From an uncultured Candidatus Rokubacteria bacterium (GTDB lineage Bacteria; Methylomirabilota; Methylomirabilia; Rokubacteriales; CSP1-6): 64,000 bases of DNA. The position numbers and the translations under genes were made by a program. This document shows positions 10,931 through 20,400 of the stretch, one piece after another. The notes beneath the pieces were generated by a model, which was given only the letters and a program-made list of their open reading frames with translations, was not told the origin of the DNA and did no database searches. Numbering within the stretch: the stretch's first letter is position 1; every line of letters begins with the position of its first letter. The stretch spans positions 32,001 through 96,000 of the forward strand of contig CAVXJS010000017.1 in assembly GCA_963762145.1 (NCBI GenBank). The letters are read 5' to 3'.

Positions 10931-10949
10931 TTCAGGCCCGTGGCGCACA

Positions 10950-10969
10950 TCATGGACCTAGGTCCAATG
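10950..10969 (+). promoter_or_regulatory. Palindromic activator site 5 (TCATGGACCTAGGTCCAATG)
   Basis: Perfect 14-bp core TGGACCTAGGTCCA; -10-like TAGACT 21 bp downstream (10991-10996); AAGGAGG RBS; ATG 11017. Confidence 0.8.
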
Positions 10970-11016
10970 GGCAGGGGGGGCCGCGAAGCCTAGACTGAAG
11001 GCGAAGGAGGCGCGAC

Positions 11017-11166
11017 ATGCCCAAGGTGCTGGTGTGCGTGTTCTGCTCGGAGGAGATCGCGGCGGAGGAGAAGTGGCTCGACGTCCCCGGTCGAGGGAGC
11101 GAAGTGGCCCATCTGAAATGCTGGAAGGACAGCAATCGTCCGGAAGTCCGGAGTCGCAGCGTCTAG
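11017..11166 (+). CDS. 49-aa putative zinc-binding microprotein (CxxC...HxxC)
   Basis: MPKVLVCVFCSEEIAAEEKWLDVPGRGSEVAHLKCWKDSNRPEVRSRSV*, with a strong AAGGAGG RBS; missing from the ORF track. Confidence 0.75.
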   Translation: MPKVLVCVFCSEEIAAEEKWLDVPGRGSEVAHLKCWKDSNRPEVRSRSV

Positions 11167-11182
11167 ACGATGGGGAGCCGCC

Positions 11183-11836
11183 ATGGGGCGTAAGCCGACT
11201 GCGCCGTTCGACGCGAAGGCGTTCCTGACGAAGGCCAACGCGGGACGATCGGTCTCCGCATACCGGAGGAAGCAGGTCGTCTTCGCGCAGGGGGATCCCG
11301 CGGACGCCGTGTTCTACATCGAGAAGGGCCAGATCAAGCTGACGGTGGTCTCGGAGCGCGGGAAGTCCGCGGTCGTGGCCATGCTCGGGCGAGGGGACTT
11401 CTTCGGCGAGGGGTGTCTGGCCGGCCAGCCGGTCCGGATGGCCACCGCGGAGACGATGACCGACGTGTCGGTCGTGCGAGTCGACAAGCCGGCCATGGTC
11501 GCGCTGCTCCACGGGAAGTCGATGTTCTCCGAGCGCTTCATGGCGCATCTGCTGGCTCGTAACGTGCGCTTCGAGGAGGATCTGGTCGATCAGCTGTTCA
11601 ACTCGAGCGAGAAACGGCTCGCCCGGGTGCTGCTGCTGCTGGCCCGCTTCGGCAAGGAAGGCAAGACCGAGCCGGTCATTCCGAAGATCAGCCAGGAAGT
11701 CCTGGCCGAGATGGTCGGCACGACTCGGCCCCGGATCAGCGGGTTCATGACCAAGTTCCGGAAGCTCGGCTTCATCGAGTACAACGGCGGCCTGCACATC
11801 CACAGCTCCCTCCTCAACGTGCTCCTGCACGGGTAG
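11183..11836 (+). CDS. Crp/Fnr family transcriptional regulator
   Basis: cNMP-fold (FAQGDPADAVFYI, FFGEGCLAG), EKRLARVLLLL, HTH ISQEVLAEMVGTTRPRIS. Confidence 0.93.
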   Translation: MGRKPTAPFDAKAFLTKANAGRSVSAYRRKQVVFAQGDPADAVFYIEKGQIKLTVVSERGKSAVVAMLGRGDFFGEGCLAGQPVRMATAETMTDVSVVRVDKPAMVALLHGKSMFSERFMAHLLARNVRFEEDLVDQLFNSSEKRLARVLLLLARFGKEGKTEPVIPKISQEVLAEMVGTTRPRISGFMTKFRKLGFIEYNGGLHIHSSLLNVLLHG

Positions 11837-11898
11837 GCCTCCCAAGTGTCCAATCCGGGACAGATTGTCCTAGCGCAAGCGTGTATAGGGATGGAGAT

Positions 11899-13593
11899 AT
11901 GGCGACACCCACCCCTGAACCGGTAAGGCATACCGACCCGCCGGCCGGGCCGACGGCGAGCCTCGGTGAAGTCGACATTCGCGCGGAGCTCGCGGCGCGC
12001 CCGGGCCGGGCACCCGATCCAGAAGCACTGGAGCGAGCCCTGGCGGAGCTCGCCCGGGAGATGACCGAGAACCCGCGCCGCATGCTCCAGAAGCTCGTCG
12101 AGGCGGCGGTCGACCTGTGCGACGCCGATACCGCCGGGATCAGCCTGCTCGAGGGCGACGTGTTTCGATGGGAGGCGGTTGCCGGGGTGTTCGCCTCGTA
12201 CCGGGACGGCACGATGCCCCGCGCGGCCAGCCCCTGCGGTGTGTGCATCGATGAGAATGCCACCCAGCTGATGTATCTCCCGGATCGTCACTTCCCCGCC
12301 CTGCGGGCCCAGCCGCGCTTCGTCGAGGCCCTGCTCATCCCGTTTCAGGTCTATCGCCGGCCGGTGGGAACCGTGTGGCTCGTGAGCCATACCGAGGAGA
12401 AGAAGTTCGACCGAGGGCATGAGCGGATCGTCCGGACGCTCGCCCAGTTCGCGTCGGCCGGGTGGCAGCTGTGGAAGGCGCTCGAGGTCGCCGAGGAGGC
12501 GAATCGGCGCAAGGATCAGTTCCTGGCCACACTTGGCCACGAGATCCGGAACCCCCTGGCCGCCATCCGCAACGCGACCAGTATCCTGCAGGAGGTCGAC
12601 CCCGCGGGCCACGCCATGGCCGTGAGCGTGGTCGCTCGTCAAGCTCTCCACCTCGCCAGGGTGGCCGATGGTCTGCTCGACCTCTCGAGGATCGGTCAGG
12701 GCAAGCTGGAACTCCGGACCGGGCCGGTCGAGCTACAGGCGGTCGTGGCAGCCGCCGTCGAGACGACCCACTCTCAGATCGGACGTCGCGGTCACACGTT
12801 GTCGGTGGATTTGCCGAGCGCGCCCCTGTGGCTCATCGGGGACACCGTCCGGGTGGTTCAGGTGCTGTCGAATCTCCTCGACAACGCGGCCAAGTACACA
12901 CCGGAAGGGGGCCGGATCTGGGTCACCGCCCGCCCGGCCGGGGCCATGGTTGAGATCACGGTGCGGGACACGGGGATCGGCATTCCCGGGGACAAGCTGG
13001 GTGCCATTTTCGATGTGTTCACCCAGCTGGCGCCCTCGGCGGGTGGACTGGGTCTGGGGCTGGCCCTGGTGCGGGACCTGGCAACGATGCAGGGCGGAAG
13101 CGTCGAGGCAGCGAGCGAGGGTCCGGGAAAGGGGAGCCAGTTCACCGTGCGATTGCGGCGGCTGCCGGCGGTGAGCTTGATCCAGTCGGCGACGCGTCTG
13201 GAGATCGCGCCGACGCCTCGACGCCTGCTCATCGTCGAGGACTACTCCGATGCCGCGGAGAGCCTGGCCGTCATATTGCGTCGGGATGCCCACGAGGTGC
13301 GGATCGCCCAGGATGGGCCCGCCGCGCTGCGGGCCCTCATCGAGTTCCGGCCCGATGTGGTGCTGCTCGACGTGGGTCTGGTCGGCATGGACGGCTACCA
13401 GGTGGCTCGTCGGATGCGCGAGGAGGCCTCGGACTCCAGCCTGACCATCATCACCCTGAGCGGACACGGGCAGAAGGACGATCATCGCCAGTCGCGGGAA
13501 GCGGGGTGCGATGCCCATCTGGTGAAGCCGGTGCATCCCGGGGTCATTCGCAGGATGCTGGCCGCGGGCGTGCCGGTGACCGTGGAAGGGTAG
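11899..13593 (+). CDS. Hybrid sensor histidine kinase (GAF-HisKA-HATPase-REC)
   Basis: GAF, LGHEIRNPL, NLLDNAAKYT, DTGIGI, GLGLGL, C-terminal REC (VLLDVGL, LVKP). Confidence 0.92.
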   Translation: MATPTPEPVRHTDPPAGPTASLGEVDIRAELAARPGRAPDPEALERALAELAREMTENPRRMLQKLVEAAVDLCDADTAGISLLEGDVFRWEAVAGVFASYRDGTMPRAASPCGVCIDENATQLMYLPDRHFPALRAQPRFVEALLIPFQVYRRPVGTVWLVSHTEEKKFDRGHERIVRTLAQFASAGWQLWKALEVAEEANRRKDQFLATLGHEIRNPLAAIRNATSILQEVDPAGHAMAVSVVARQALHLARVADGLLDLSRIGQGKLELRTGPVELQAVVAAAVETTHSQIGRRGHTLSVDLPSAPLWLIGDTVRVVQVLSNLLDNAAKYTPEGGRIWVTARPAGAMVEITVRDTGIGIPGDKLGAIFDVFTQLAPSAGGLGLGLALVRDLATMQGGSVEAASEGPGKGSQFTVRLRRLPAVSLIQSATRLEIAPTPRRLLIVEDYSDAAESLAVILRRDAHEVRIAQDGPAALRALIEFRPDVVLLDVGLVGMDGYQVARRMREEASDSSLTIITLSGHGQKDDHRQSREAGCDAHLVKPVHPGVIRRMLAAGVPVTVEG

Positions 13594-13605
13594 GGGGATA
13601 CGGTA

Positions 13606-14328
13606 GTGCACCATATCTGGCTCGTCCCGCTCATCGCCCTGACGCTCGCCCAGGTCGCGGTCATCGCGACGTCGGTCTACCTGCACCGAGCGCTCGCGCA
13701 TCACGCCCTGCGGCTGCATCCGGCGGTGGACCTGTGCTGTCGTATCGTGCTGTGGCTCACGACGGGGCAGAGCCGGCGAGAGTGGGTCGCCGTGCATCGC
13801 AAGCATCACACCTTCACGGACCGCGACGGCGACCCTCACAGCCCGCGGCTGGTCGGCTTCTGGCACATCCAGCTCTGGAACGTCTACTACTACGTGCGGG
13901 AAGCTCGCAACCCCGATACCATCCGCACGTTCGCCCCGGACCTCGAGCCGGACTGGCTGGATCGCGCGCTCTTCTCCCGGGGGCTGCTCGGTCTCGCGGT
14001 CGGCATCGGGATGCTGTGCCTGCTCTTCGGGCCCTGGGTCGGTCTGGCCGCGGGGCTCGTGCACGCCGTCCTGTACGTCTTCGTGATCGCGCCGCTCATC
14101 AACGGTCTGGGACACTGGCGCGGGGCGCAGAACTTCGGCAACACCGCCTACAACTCGCGAGTGCTCGCCTGGGTGACGGCCGGGGAGAGCCTGCACAACA
14201 ACCATCACGCCCACCCCCGCGCGCCGAAGTTCAGCATGCGGCGGTTCGAGTTCGATCCGTCATGGGTCGTGATCCGTTGCCTCGCCGCGGTCGGCCTGAT
14301 CGAGATCGTGGGCAAGCCCATCGGCTAG
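13606..14328 (+). CDS. Delta-9-type membrane fatty acid (acyl-CoA) desaturase
   Basis: His boxes HRALAH, HRKHH and HNNHH; GDPHSP. Confidence 0.9.
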   Translation: MHHIWLVPLIALTLAQVAVIATSVYLHRALAHHALRLHPAVDLCCRIVLWLTTGQSRREWVAVHRKHHTFTDRDGDPHSPRLVGFWHIQLWNVYYYVREARNPDTIRTFAPDLEPDWLDRALFSRGLLGLAVGIGMLCLLFGPWVGLAAGLVHAVLYVFVIAPLINGLGHWRGAQNFGNTAYNSRVLAWVTAGESLHNNHHAHPRAPKFSMRRFEFDPSWVVIRCLAAVGLIEIVGKPIG

Positions 14329-14331
14329 GCC

Positions 14332-14415
14332 ATGGACGGCCTGTTGAGCATCCTGGTGGTTGTGGTGGGGCTGCTGGTGGTCGCGTGGCTCTTCGGCCCG
14401 ATGTCCTCGCGTTGA
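14332..14415 (+). CDS. Putative 27-aa membrane microprotein
   Basis: MDGLLSILVVVVGLLVVAWLFGPMSSR*, starting 3 bp after the desaturase stop. Confidence 0.4.
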   Translation: MDGLLSILVVVVGLLVVAWLFGPMSSR

Positions 14416-14561
14416 GTTCGCGCAAGTAGCGCCCGCGTGGTCCGGAGGTTCTTGCAACCGGGACTTCATTATTTATCCGCTCGGCTCGCCTTCGGCTTCA
14501 CCTCGCCATGCTAAATCCCGTCTCTCCCGCCACGGTTCGCGCTCGTACCCATCCCTAAAGG

Positions 14562-14581
14562 CGTAGACCCAAGGGCCAATG
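14562..14581 (+). promoter_or_regulatory. Degenerate palindromic site 6 (CGTAGACCCAAGGGCCAATG)
   Basis: Right half matches the consensus; -10-like TAGAGT 21 bp downstream (14603-14608), upstream of mlaC. Confidence 0.55.
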
Positions 14582-14693
14582 GGACCCGTCTGGTGCCCTG
14601 CGTAGAGTCCATATGGAAGAATCGTGGTGCGGTGCAGCCACGTGACGGGCGCGCCGAGGTGATGGTTCGTCCCGCCAGCTAGGAGGATGAGCG

Positions 14694-15410
14694 ATGAGAT
14701 CGCTACGGGATCCGATCGGACGTAGCCACCGCGCGCGGTATCGGCGCCGAGGCGCAGCGCTGGTGATCCTGGTTGCCGCGGTTTCGCTCGGCACGCAGCC
14801 CGCTCTTTCCGGCGACGCCGTGAAGGATGTGCCGCCGACCGCGACCGCGGGTCGCGTCCGACCCATCGATCTGGTCAAGGCGTCCGTCTCGCAGGTGCTG
14901 GCGGTCGCGCAGTCGCGCACGGCCGTCAGCCGGGAGAGCGGCCAGCTCAGGGCCGAGATTCGGCGCGTCGCCGACGGGTTGTTCGACTTCAAGGAGATGG
15001 CGCGGCTGAGCCTGTCGCGGCATTGGAGCGGGCAGTCGATCCGGGAACAGGAGGAGTTTGTCGGGCTGTTCACCGAGCTGCTTGAGCGATCCTTCCTGTC
15101 GACGATCGAGAGCTATGCGGGAGAGAAGATCACGTTCCTGAGCGAGTCGATCGACGGCTCGTACGCGCAGGTGCGGAGCCGGATCACCACCGAACGGCGG
15201 ATGGACATCTCGATCGACTACCGGCTCATCGACCGGGGCGACCGGTGGGAAGTGTATGACGTGGTGCTCGATGGCGTGAGTCTCGTGTCCAACTACCGGG
15301 GTCAGTTCAACTCGATTATCCGGACATCGTCCTTCGGTGACCTGCTGACGAGGATGAGAATCAAGCAGGTCGAGGCGCGCGTGATTCCGCGGGTAGGTCG
15401 CGGGTCGTGA
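14694..15410 (+). CDS. mlaC: MlaC/Ttg2D phospholipid-binding periplasmic protein
   Basis: FDFKEMARLSLSRHW, EFVGLFTELL, IDYRL, WEVYDVVLDGVSLVSNYRGQF. Confidence 0.9.
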   Translation: MRSLRDPIGRSHRARYRRRGAALVILVAAVSLGTQPALSGDAVKDVPPTATAGRVRPIDLVKASVSQVLAVAQSRTAVSRESGQLRAEIRRVADGLFDFKEMARLSLSRHWSGQSIREQEEFVGLFTELLERSFLSTIESYAGEKITFLSESIDGSYAQVRSRITTERRMDISIDYRLIDRGDRWEVYDVVLDGVSLVSNYRGQFNSIIRTSSFGDLLTRMRIKQVEARVIPRVGRGS

Positions 15411-15697
15411 CCGTGGCCGGGGTGGCGGTCGGAGCGCTGGTCATGACCGCGCTGACCCTGGGGACGGGCGTGGCGATCGGGCGGAGCAAGCCGGCGTGCG
15501 ATGCGGTGGGCCGGATGATGACCCCGGAGGATGCGGAGGGCCAGGTGGTGAAGGTGGAGCCGGGCCGGAGCCGCTTCAGCGTGCGAGAGTCCGATGGCCT
15601 GATCCACGAGTTCCGGGCATCTCCCGAGACGCTTCGGGACCTGAAGGTCGGGGACCGCATCGAGGTGAAGCTCTGGGAAGCGTCGAGGTGTCCCTGA
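15407..15697 (+). CDS. Hypothetical exported small OB-fold-like protein
   Basis: Signal/TM, EGQVVKV...LKVGDRIEVKL; GTGA overlap with mlaC. Confidence 0.6.
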   Translation: MTVAGVAVGALVMTALTLGTGVAIGRSKPACDAVGRMMTPEDAEGQVVKVEPGRSRFSVRESDGLIHEFRASPETLRDLKVGDRIEVKLWEASRCP

Positions 15698-15744
15698 CCG
15701 CGGGTCAAGCGACCGGATGAGCGGTGCGCACGTACATCTCCGGG

Positions 15745-15945
15745 GACGGATGTGCTCGCCAGCGAGCTGCGCGCCATCTCGCGGAAGTCGAAGAGGTTGT
15801 CGGCGACCTCCCGGAGCAACGCGCGCCGGGCCACGAGGTTGGGCCGGCCACGGAGATCCGGCCTGGTCACGATCTCGATGACCTCCGCGACCGCCGACTG
15901 GACCCGCTCGAGTGGGGTGCGGCCTCGAGCGGACGCACAGCCGCT
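15745..15945 (-). pseudogene. Truncated second mlaC remnant
   Basis: Minus-strand frame reads TPLERVQSAVAEVIEIVTRPDL...RRALLREVADNLFDFREMARSSLA (MlaC N-terminus) and then degenerates; no clear start. Confidence 0.6.
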
Positions 15946-15963
15946 AGCCCCTGCGGTCGGAGG

Positions 15964-16260
15964 CTAGTCCTTCTTGATCTCCCTGGCCGTCCCGCGCGCG
16001 TCTTGCTTGGTGTCCCGGCTGTCCTGCCGGCACTCAGACCGCGTCTTCTCATCCCCCTTCTTGCAGTCCGCCTTCTCGGTCCGTGCGTCCTGGCGGCCAT
16101 CCTGCTTGGTGTCTCGGGAGTCCTTCCGATCACCCTGCCGGTCGTCTCGCCGCTCCTTCGACTGGGTTTGCGCATATCCGACGATGGGCGTGGTGGCAAG
16201 GCCCGGCATCGTTAGCGCCAAGGTCAAGATGCCAACTCGAAGACGCCCTTTCCATTTCAT
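15964..16260 (-). CDS. Small secreted charged-repeat protein
   Basis: Signal peptide, repeated (K/Q)DSRDTKQD units, two Cys; AAAGGAG RBS. Confidence 0.7.
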   Translation of the reverse strand: MKWKGRLRVGILTLALTMPGLATTPIVGYAQTQSKERRDDRQGDRKDSRDTKQDGRQDARTEKADCKKGDEKTRSECRQDSRDTKQDARGTAREIKKD

Positions 16261-16324
16261 GCGGGGGCTCCTTTCTCGAGAGCACGACTGTCAGAGAACT
16301 GTGGAAGGGGTCCGTCTCGGCGGC

Positions 16325-16344
16325 AATAGGACCTTGGTCGTAGC
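16325..16344 (-). promoter_or_regulatory. Palindromic site 7 (AATAGGACCTTGGTCGTAGC on +)
   Basis: Reverse complement GCTACGACCAAGGTCCTATT; -10-like CACAGT 21 bp away (16298-16303), ahead of the 16260 gene. Confidence 0.6.
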
Positions 16345-16464
16345 TGTGTGGCCACGGGGCGGACGGGAGAGGGCACACGAGTCCGACATCGCGGATGTGC
16401 TGGACGCCCGCGCGGTGGGGGCGGACCTGACGGGTAGCGGCGTCCCCTCTGGGGACGAGTGCGG

Positions 16465-16905
16465 TCAGGTGGTCGTGGACGCGACTTCCACGCCGTTCAC
16501 CGTGTCGGTCGTCTTGTAGGCGCCGGGCGCGGTGATCTCGAGGAGCTCGACGTCCTCCGACCAGCCGGTCACCGTGTGTGACAGCCCCGGCGGGATGATG
16601 TGACAGTCGCCGGCCTTCAGCTTGTGCTCGCCGTGGCCGTGGTAGTGGAAGCTCATCCAGCCCTTGAGGACGTAGACGAAGAGGAAGTCGAGCTCGGTAT
16701 GCTTGTGCTCGGCGATCGGCGGCTTTGAGCCCGGCACGCCCCTGATCACGTGGGCGTCGTACGCGCCCCCGGTGGCCTCCTCGACGCCGAGCCGTCGGTA
16801 GACGAACTGCGGTCGCGGCGCGCCGTTGTTCGCCTGGATCGCCTCGAACTTCGTGTCCTCGTGGTGCGTGATGAGCAGCGACTGCTTGAAGTCGGTCTTC
16901 TGCAT
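16465..16905 (-). CDS. Cupin domain protein
   Basis: YRRLGVEEATGG, EHKHTE...YVLKGW, AGDCHIIPPGLSH; GGAGG RBS before ATG 16905. Confidence 0.85.
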   Translation of the reverse strand: MQKTDFKQSLLITHHEDTKFEAIQANNGAPRPQFVYRRLGVEEATGGAYDAHVIRGVPGSKPPIAEHKHTELDFLFVYVLKGWMSFHYHGHGEHKLKAGDCHIIPPGLSHTVTGWSEDVELLEITAPGAYKTTDTVNGVEVASTTT

Positions 16906-16987
16906 GGTCAGCCTCCGGATAGAGTTGTGTGGCGCCCCCGCTATCCTACTCCCAGATAGGACCCCATCGCTGGGCAACCGTGGTGAT

Positions 16988-17425
16988 CTATCTCCGAACG
17001 GGTGCGCCCACGAACGTCGCGATGGGCTGGCCGGTCTCGACGATGTACGTCGACAGCATCCTCCCGGTTTCCGGGCCGAGGTCGCGTGCATTGTGAGGGG
17101 TCCGCGGGGGAATGAGGAATCCCTCCCCTGGGGGCAGCACGACGGTGGCACGTCCCTCCACCATCATCTCGACCTGGCCGGCGATGATGTATCCGACCTC
17201 TTCTCCGGGATGAGTGTGCCATCCGGATTCGACTCCTGCCGGAATCAATGTCTCCACCTGCACGATCTCGCGGCCAGGAATCGATGACGGCGAGCGCTGG
17301 ACTTCGCGCCGAGCGAGCTTGCTCGCCAGGGCGTCTCCACCGGTCTGTCCAGATAGGGGAGCCATGGAGGCGGCCACGCCGGCCAGCGCCACAGCTCCAA
17401 CCAGCAACCGAGCGATCCGTTTCAT
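16988..17425 (-). CDS. Secreted cupin domain protein
   Basis: Signal peptide MKRIARLLVGAVALAG, GWHTHPGEE, IPPRTPHNA. Confidence 0.85.
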   Translation of the reverse strand: MKRIARLLVGAVALAGVAASMAPLSGQTGGDALASKLARREVQRSPSSIPGREIVQVETLIPAGVESGWHTHPGEEVGYIIAGQVEMMVEGRATVVLPPGEGFLIPPRTPHNARDLGPETGRMLSTYIVETGQPIATFVGAPVRR

Positions 17426-17438
17426 GGCCCAGGTCCTC

Positions 17439-20400
17439 TCACGTGTGCCGGCGCAACTGCTCCAGCGTCTCGTACACGGCCTGCACGCGTGGCCAGGCCA
17501 GCAGCGTTTGCCGGTAGTGCGGGTCGGGAGCCCCCGTCTCCATGCGCTCGATCGTTTCCACGGCCAGGGTGGCAGCCGAGAGCGCGTCGGCGGGGCGCCC
17601 GTCGGCGGCGCACGCCCGGGCGAGCAGATGCGCCGACTGCCAGGTGAGCGTGGGGTAGCCGATGCGCCGGGCGACGTCGAGAGCGTGCTGCAGCTCATCG
17701 ACGGCGCGGGCCGGCTGGCTCGCGCGCAGGGCCAGGTCTCCCTGCACCTGGTGGAACCAGCCGACATACTTCTTGGAGCCGGTCTCCTCAGCCTGGCGCA
17801 GCCCCCGCGCCGCCTGGGCCCCCGCCTCGCCGTCGCGCTGAAGCGCCTGGAGGGCCAGCGCGAGCCCGAATCGCAGATGCATGGACCACCGCCACCGGTG
17901 GGCCCCGAAGGCCTTCTCGGCGCGCACCAGGGTCTCCTCGAAGAGGCCCAGCGCCCGGCCCGGATCGCCCAGATGGAAGGTGTCGAACCCGATGTTGATC
18001 AGGGCGCTGATCTCCACGTTGCCGTTCTTGATCCGGTGCCCGATGTCCGCGCTCTCGCGGTCGAGCTCCTGCGCGCGGCCGAAATCGCCGAACTCCTGGT
18101 AGAGCCAGCCCATCGTGTTGGTCATGCGTCCGACGATGAACGGGTTGTCCCGCTCCCGGGCGAGCTCGCGACCGGCGCGAAGGACCTCGAGGGCCTCCTG
18201 ATAGTCGCCCCGGCCGATGTGCGAGAAGGCCCGGTTCGACATCGCCAGCACCTCGTTGAAGCCGTCGTGAACGGCGCGCGCCGCCGCTTCCGTCTCGCGG
18301 CTCCTGGTGATGGCACTCGCGAAATCGCCCTGCCAGTTGTGCTGCACGTCCAGCTGGGCCCGTGCCTGCACGATGATTCCGGGGAAGCCTCCCCGGTGCG
18401 CGATGCGGATCGCCTCGTCGAACTTCCGCCCTCCCTCGGCGAGCTTCGCTTCCATCTGGTCCACGGAGGCGAGGATGAAGAGACAGCGGGCCAGCAGCCG
18501 ATCGTCGCCGATCTCGCGCGCGATGTCGGAAGCCTGCTCGACCTGCGGCTTGAGCGTCGCGATCTGGTCCCACGAGAGCGCCATCCAGTGCGCGTAGGCG
18601 ATGTCGGCCAGGGCCTCGCCTTCGAGCCGCCGGTCGGACGCCTCGCGGGCCAAGGCGAGCATCTGGTTCGCCTCGGCGTGGGCCTCTTCCAGGTGCTGGG
18701 TCGCGGTCAGGACCTGGCACCGGCGCTGGTGCACCTCGGCCAGCCGGCTACGTGAGATCGCGGGCACGCGCCGCGCCGCCTCGATCGCCTGGGCATACAG
18801 ATCGAGGGCCACCGGACTGGCGTTGGCGTCCCGGGCCCGGTCGCCCGAGTGGACCAGGTAGTCGAAGGCCTTGGCCCAGTCTTCTCCCTGGGAGAAGTGG
18901 TGCGCCAGCTCCTCGTAGTGCTCGGCAAGCCGGTCGGGATAGAGCTCCTCCAGCGCGTACCCCACCGCCTGGTGCAGGGCGCGGCGTCGATCGCGAAGCA
19001 GGCTGTTGTAGGCGACGTCCTGGATGACCGCGTGCTTGAAGATATAGGCGGGCTCGGGCATCAGCCCCTTGTCGTAGATGATCTCGAGCGCCTGCAGCTC
19101 GCGCAGCAATGCGTCCATCTGCTCGCCCATCCCGGCCACCCGCCGCAGCAGGCGAACCAGGAACTGCCGCCCGATGACGGAGGCGAGCTGCACGGCCCGC
19201 TTGCCCTCGTCGCCGAGCCGGTCGAGGCGGGCCATGATGATGTCGTGGATGGTGCCGGGCACGCTGATCTCCCCGGGGCCCTTGACGAGGGTGACGCGAT
19301 CGCCGTCGCGGCGAAGCACCCCGATGTCGAGGAGGGTCTTGGCCACCTCCTCGATGAAGAGGGGCACGCCCTCCGCCTTGTCCATGAGGGCCGCGGTCAC
19401 CTCGCGCGGCAGCTCCGCCGCGCCCAGCACCCCGCGGGCCACCGCGAGGGCCTCGCTCTCGCCGAGCGTGGTGAGGCTGATCGTGGACTGGAAGCTGCGG
19501 GTCCGGAACGGCGGGGTGTAGCCCACCCGGTAGGTCAGGATGAGCATCAGGGGCACCGCGGTCATCGAATCGATGAGCGAGCCGATGTACTCCTCGCTTC
19601 CGCCGTCCATCCAGTGGAGGTCCTCTACCACCAGCACGAGCGGGCGGAGGCGTGCCTCCCGCCGCGTCAGCGCCCGGAGGGCCGCGAACAGGGAGCGGCG
19701 CCGACTCGCCGCGTCCATCGCGGCGATGGCGGGATCGCCCGGATCCACTGACAGGAGATAGCGGATGAACGGCACGTGCGGCGCGAGCTCGCCAACGCCC
19801 TGCGCGCCGTGCTCGACCCTGGCGATGATCTCGGGCTCGCCGTCGAACTCCTCGATCTCGAAGCTCTTCCGGAGCAGGTCCACGAGCGGAAGGAACGGGA
19901 TCGACTGGCCGAACGACACGCATTGTCCTTCGAGCCAGGTCACGGGGAGGGCGAGGTCGCCGAGCGCGCGTCGCAGCTCGTAGAGGAGGCGCGACTTGCC
20001 GATCCCCGCATCGCCGGCCACGAACACGACCTGCCCCCGCCCGGCCGCCGCCTCGCGGAAGCGGTCTACCAGCAGGGCCAGCTCGCGCTCGCGCCCCACG
20101 AACGTGGTGAGACCTCGTTCCTGGCCGATGTCGATCCGCGACCGCGACCCGCGCGGGCGCAGGACCTCGAACGCGTGCGCGGCCTCGTGCCCCTTCACGG
20201 CCAGGAGACCGAGGTCGCGCGTTTCGAAGAAGCCCTCGACCGCCTTGTGGGTGGCCTCCGTCACGACCACTGTACCGGGCCGGGCCGCCTGCTGCATGCG
20301 GGCGGCGAGGTTGGTGGTGTCGCCCACCGCGGTGTAGTCCATGCGCAGGTCGTCTCCGATCCGCCCCACCACCACGGGCCCGCTGTTGAGCCCGATGCGC

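Noticed and set aside
10950-10969. Palindrome as a canonical FNR/CRP box
   Set aside because: Does not match TTGAT-N4-ATCAA or TGTGA-N6-TCACA. The local Crp protein is not excluded as the binder, but it is less likely.
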